64,000 nt of DNA from Haplodiscus bocki. Taxonomy: Eukaryota. The DNA is taken from positions 143,592,001 to 143,656,000 of the forward strand of contig OZ296648.1 in the NCBI GenBank assembly GCA_965655095.1. The letters run 5' to 3'. The notes under the pieces are model-generated. The model was not told the origin of the DNA and did no database searches. It worked only from the letters and a program-made list of their open reading frames with translations. Position 1 is the first letter of the stretch. Each line of letters starts with the position of its first letter. Position numbers and translations under genes: made by a program. Below are positions 61,900 to 64,000 of this stretch, one piece after another.

Positions 61900-63600
61900 C
61901 ATGATTCGTAAAAATTATTTCAAAGAATCGATGTCTTCAATCTTCAACTGTCGTCTGTCTCTCTATCTCACTTTATAATAACCTCAATCTCCTGCTTCTC
62001 ATTCGCATTGTGAGTAATTGAGTGTATTTTTGATCTGTGGTCTATGAAGGCATCCACTGTAAAACAATCGGAGGTATGTATTTTAAACCTATCAACTCTT
62101 TTTTCATCTTTGCTTCTGAAACACGTATGTTTTTTTGTCAAAGTTGCTGAGATCAAATAAAATCCCTGAAGTGTTATGGTCTATCACAAAATGTTAGTCC
62201 CAATACTCAAAACAAATGAGTCACAAAGATAACAGTTCAGTTAAAAGTCAACTTGTTTCTGGAACGAAGAAGAGTTGTAAAATATCATAAAACATTTCAG
62301 ACATGATTAATACACCTAGTTCCCAGATTATGAAGCTGATTCAAATGAGTTTGTGAAACAAAAACTCTTGTTTTTGAACGTATAGACATTGAAAACATCA
62401 TTTGGCCTTATTCAATGCTTTTTTGCATTGCATCTTGCTTGCTTTTCCATTTGTGATTTCTGTGAAAATTGAACAATCAATCGCTTCCTCTCTATTTCTT
62501 GTCTTTTTCCATAAAACGCATTTTTCAACAATTTGTAGAAATCCATTCCCAGTTTATGGTCTGCTTCTCTTCTTTTTTCTGCGTCTCACTTTTTGCATGA
62601 TTACAAACACACTTTTGGTTGTGATGAAATTACCGTATTAAATTTCCTTAACTGCACTCCTTATGTTACCAAAGTTTTTAGCTGTCGAAACCTTTATATC
62701 GTAAACATCCACACCAGAACTATTCAAAAATTTGTTCATACTACAAAATTAAGATTACACTTATTCGTTTCAACTGAATATTGAGAAATAGGAGACTATT
62801 TTGATTACTTAGAATGAGAAAAATCACAGGATGGAAATTAGTTTGTTCGGCATTCAATTTACGAACAAAATGAGAGGCTGCACTTTACCTAGCTGTCAGA
62901 GAGCCTTGATCTTTTACCTACGTGCTTCATATACAGTAACTCCAAAAGAAAAAAAATAAAATGAAAAATGGTTACTCTCCGTGGTGATGTTTTTCATTGG
63001 CTTTGGACTTCGCTAAAATAAAGTTTGTATTATTGCAGCACTGATATCATTGGCTTTCAAAATCAATCGTTTCATTTAAGATGCAGTAAACTATAAAGTA
63101 TCCAAAACTTTATTGATATCAAGAAATTACGGTAAATGAATCGGAGTCAGCTTAGTTTTATATTGGCAACCGCCATCAAATGTTATCTTATCTCAGCTTC
63201 CTCGTCCTTCACATGAAACTTTGAGTCAAAATCAGGGCTTTCAAAATCTGAAGGAAATCTGAAACATATAGGGACTCTATGGTTTTTTTAGTTTCCAAGA
63301 AAGCTAATACTCTTCAGGAAAAATCGTATGGCCGGGGTCTTTTGGTAAATGCAAGCACCACCTGATGTTACTTCAAATTACTTTTCTTGTCATGGGCAGT
63401 TCTCAAATTTCTAGAAACGCAAGTCATATGGCGGTTTCGAAAGAAACATTGTTACTTTTCAATCAAACAGAAAGGGTTTTCGTGCAGAGTAAGGGCAATT
63501 CTGGGTCCTTGATAGGACCGGAAAACCAGAAGAGGCAACAGTTTGTTAAGGTTGTTGAATCTCGCTAGAAATATTGGGAAGACATTCCTGCAAAACGTGT
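61900..63600 (-). pseudogene. Highly decayed pPolB of a second Polinton/Maverick lineage
   Basis: Minus strand, collinear with the pPolB C-terminus: MDFYKLLKNAFYGKRQE (~62500-62560), VYTFKNK, WELGVLIMSEMFYDILQ, CDSFVLSI (motif C remnant), KRVDRFKI..DAFIDHRSKIHS. Boundaries approximate. Confidence 0.7.
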
Positions 63601-64000
63601 TCCTGCTTTCCTTTTTTGGGAATTCATCTATTTTCCGTCAAGTTGTATATTCAAAAATTTCTGCTTTTATTTCACTAGAGTAAAGCTTATGAGTACTTGT
63701 TAAAATCGGACTAGTTTTGGTATTTTTTAATTGTGCTAAGGTTGACTAAAACGCACAATTGTCATCTATCGGTATTTTGAATTTTTGGCGTTACCTTTTT
63801 TTTGGTTACTTTGAATTTTGTTCTTCATCAAGTGAATTAGGTTTTCAGAGATATAATGTGCTTGAGTTAAATATAGTGATGGTCCACTCTGAACCCTTAT
63901 CTACTTGATCTTCAATGGCTGTGTTTAATTGAATATTAACGTTGACAGAGTCAATTTCCATTCGATTTTTTTAATAAGGCTACTTTTGAGTTAATGAACA

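Noticed and set aside
61968-62156. VDAFIDHRS read first as a retroviral protease site
   Set aside because: Flanking motifs place it in the pPolB C-terminus (FxxLRSKxY region).

Overview
AT-rich, transposon-dense eukaryotic DNA, probably from an invertebrate animal, with one 200-N assembly gap (8987-9186). There are no prokaryotic operons, rRNA/tRNA genes or CRISPR arrays. The main feature is an 18.7-kb Ty3/gypsy LTR element on the minus strand (13062-31723) with both ends intact but decayed ORFs. It has 2.4-kb LTRs, an ATAG target-site duplication, a PBS and a PPT. After gag-PR-RT-RH-IN it carries an antisense ORF, an unknown accessory ORF, an env resembling gB-like/chuvirus class III fusogens, and a captured TRAF-type coiled-coil+MATH gene. 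It is nested in a small CCCGGG-ended DNA element. Left of it is one end of a Polinton/Maverick (AGTAGT terminus at 6242, disrupted pPolB), inserted into a 509-bp repeat whose uninterrupted copy lies 3.2 kb upstream. The right half holds a candidate secreted Cys-rich host gene (38597-42621, minus), several fold-back/MITE-like elements and two heavily decayed gypsy relics. One relic possibly has the same env+TRAF layout and a 3 x 1214-bp tandem amplification of its RT/RNase H region. A decayed pPolB from a second Polinton lineage lies near the right end. All protein assignments are by-eye motif recognition; no database search was run.
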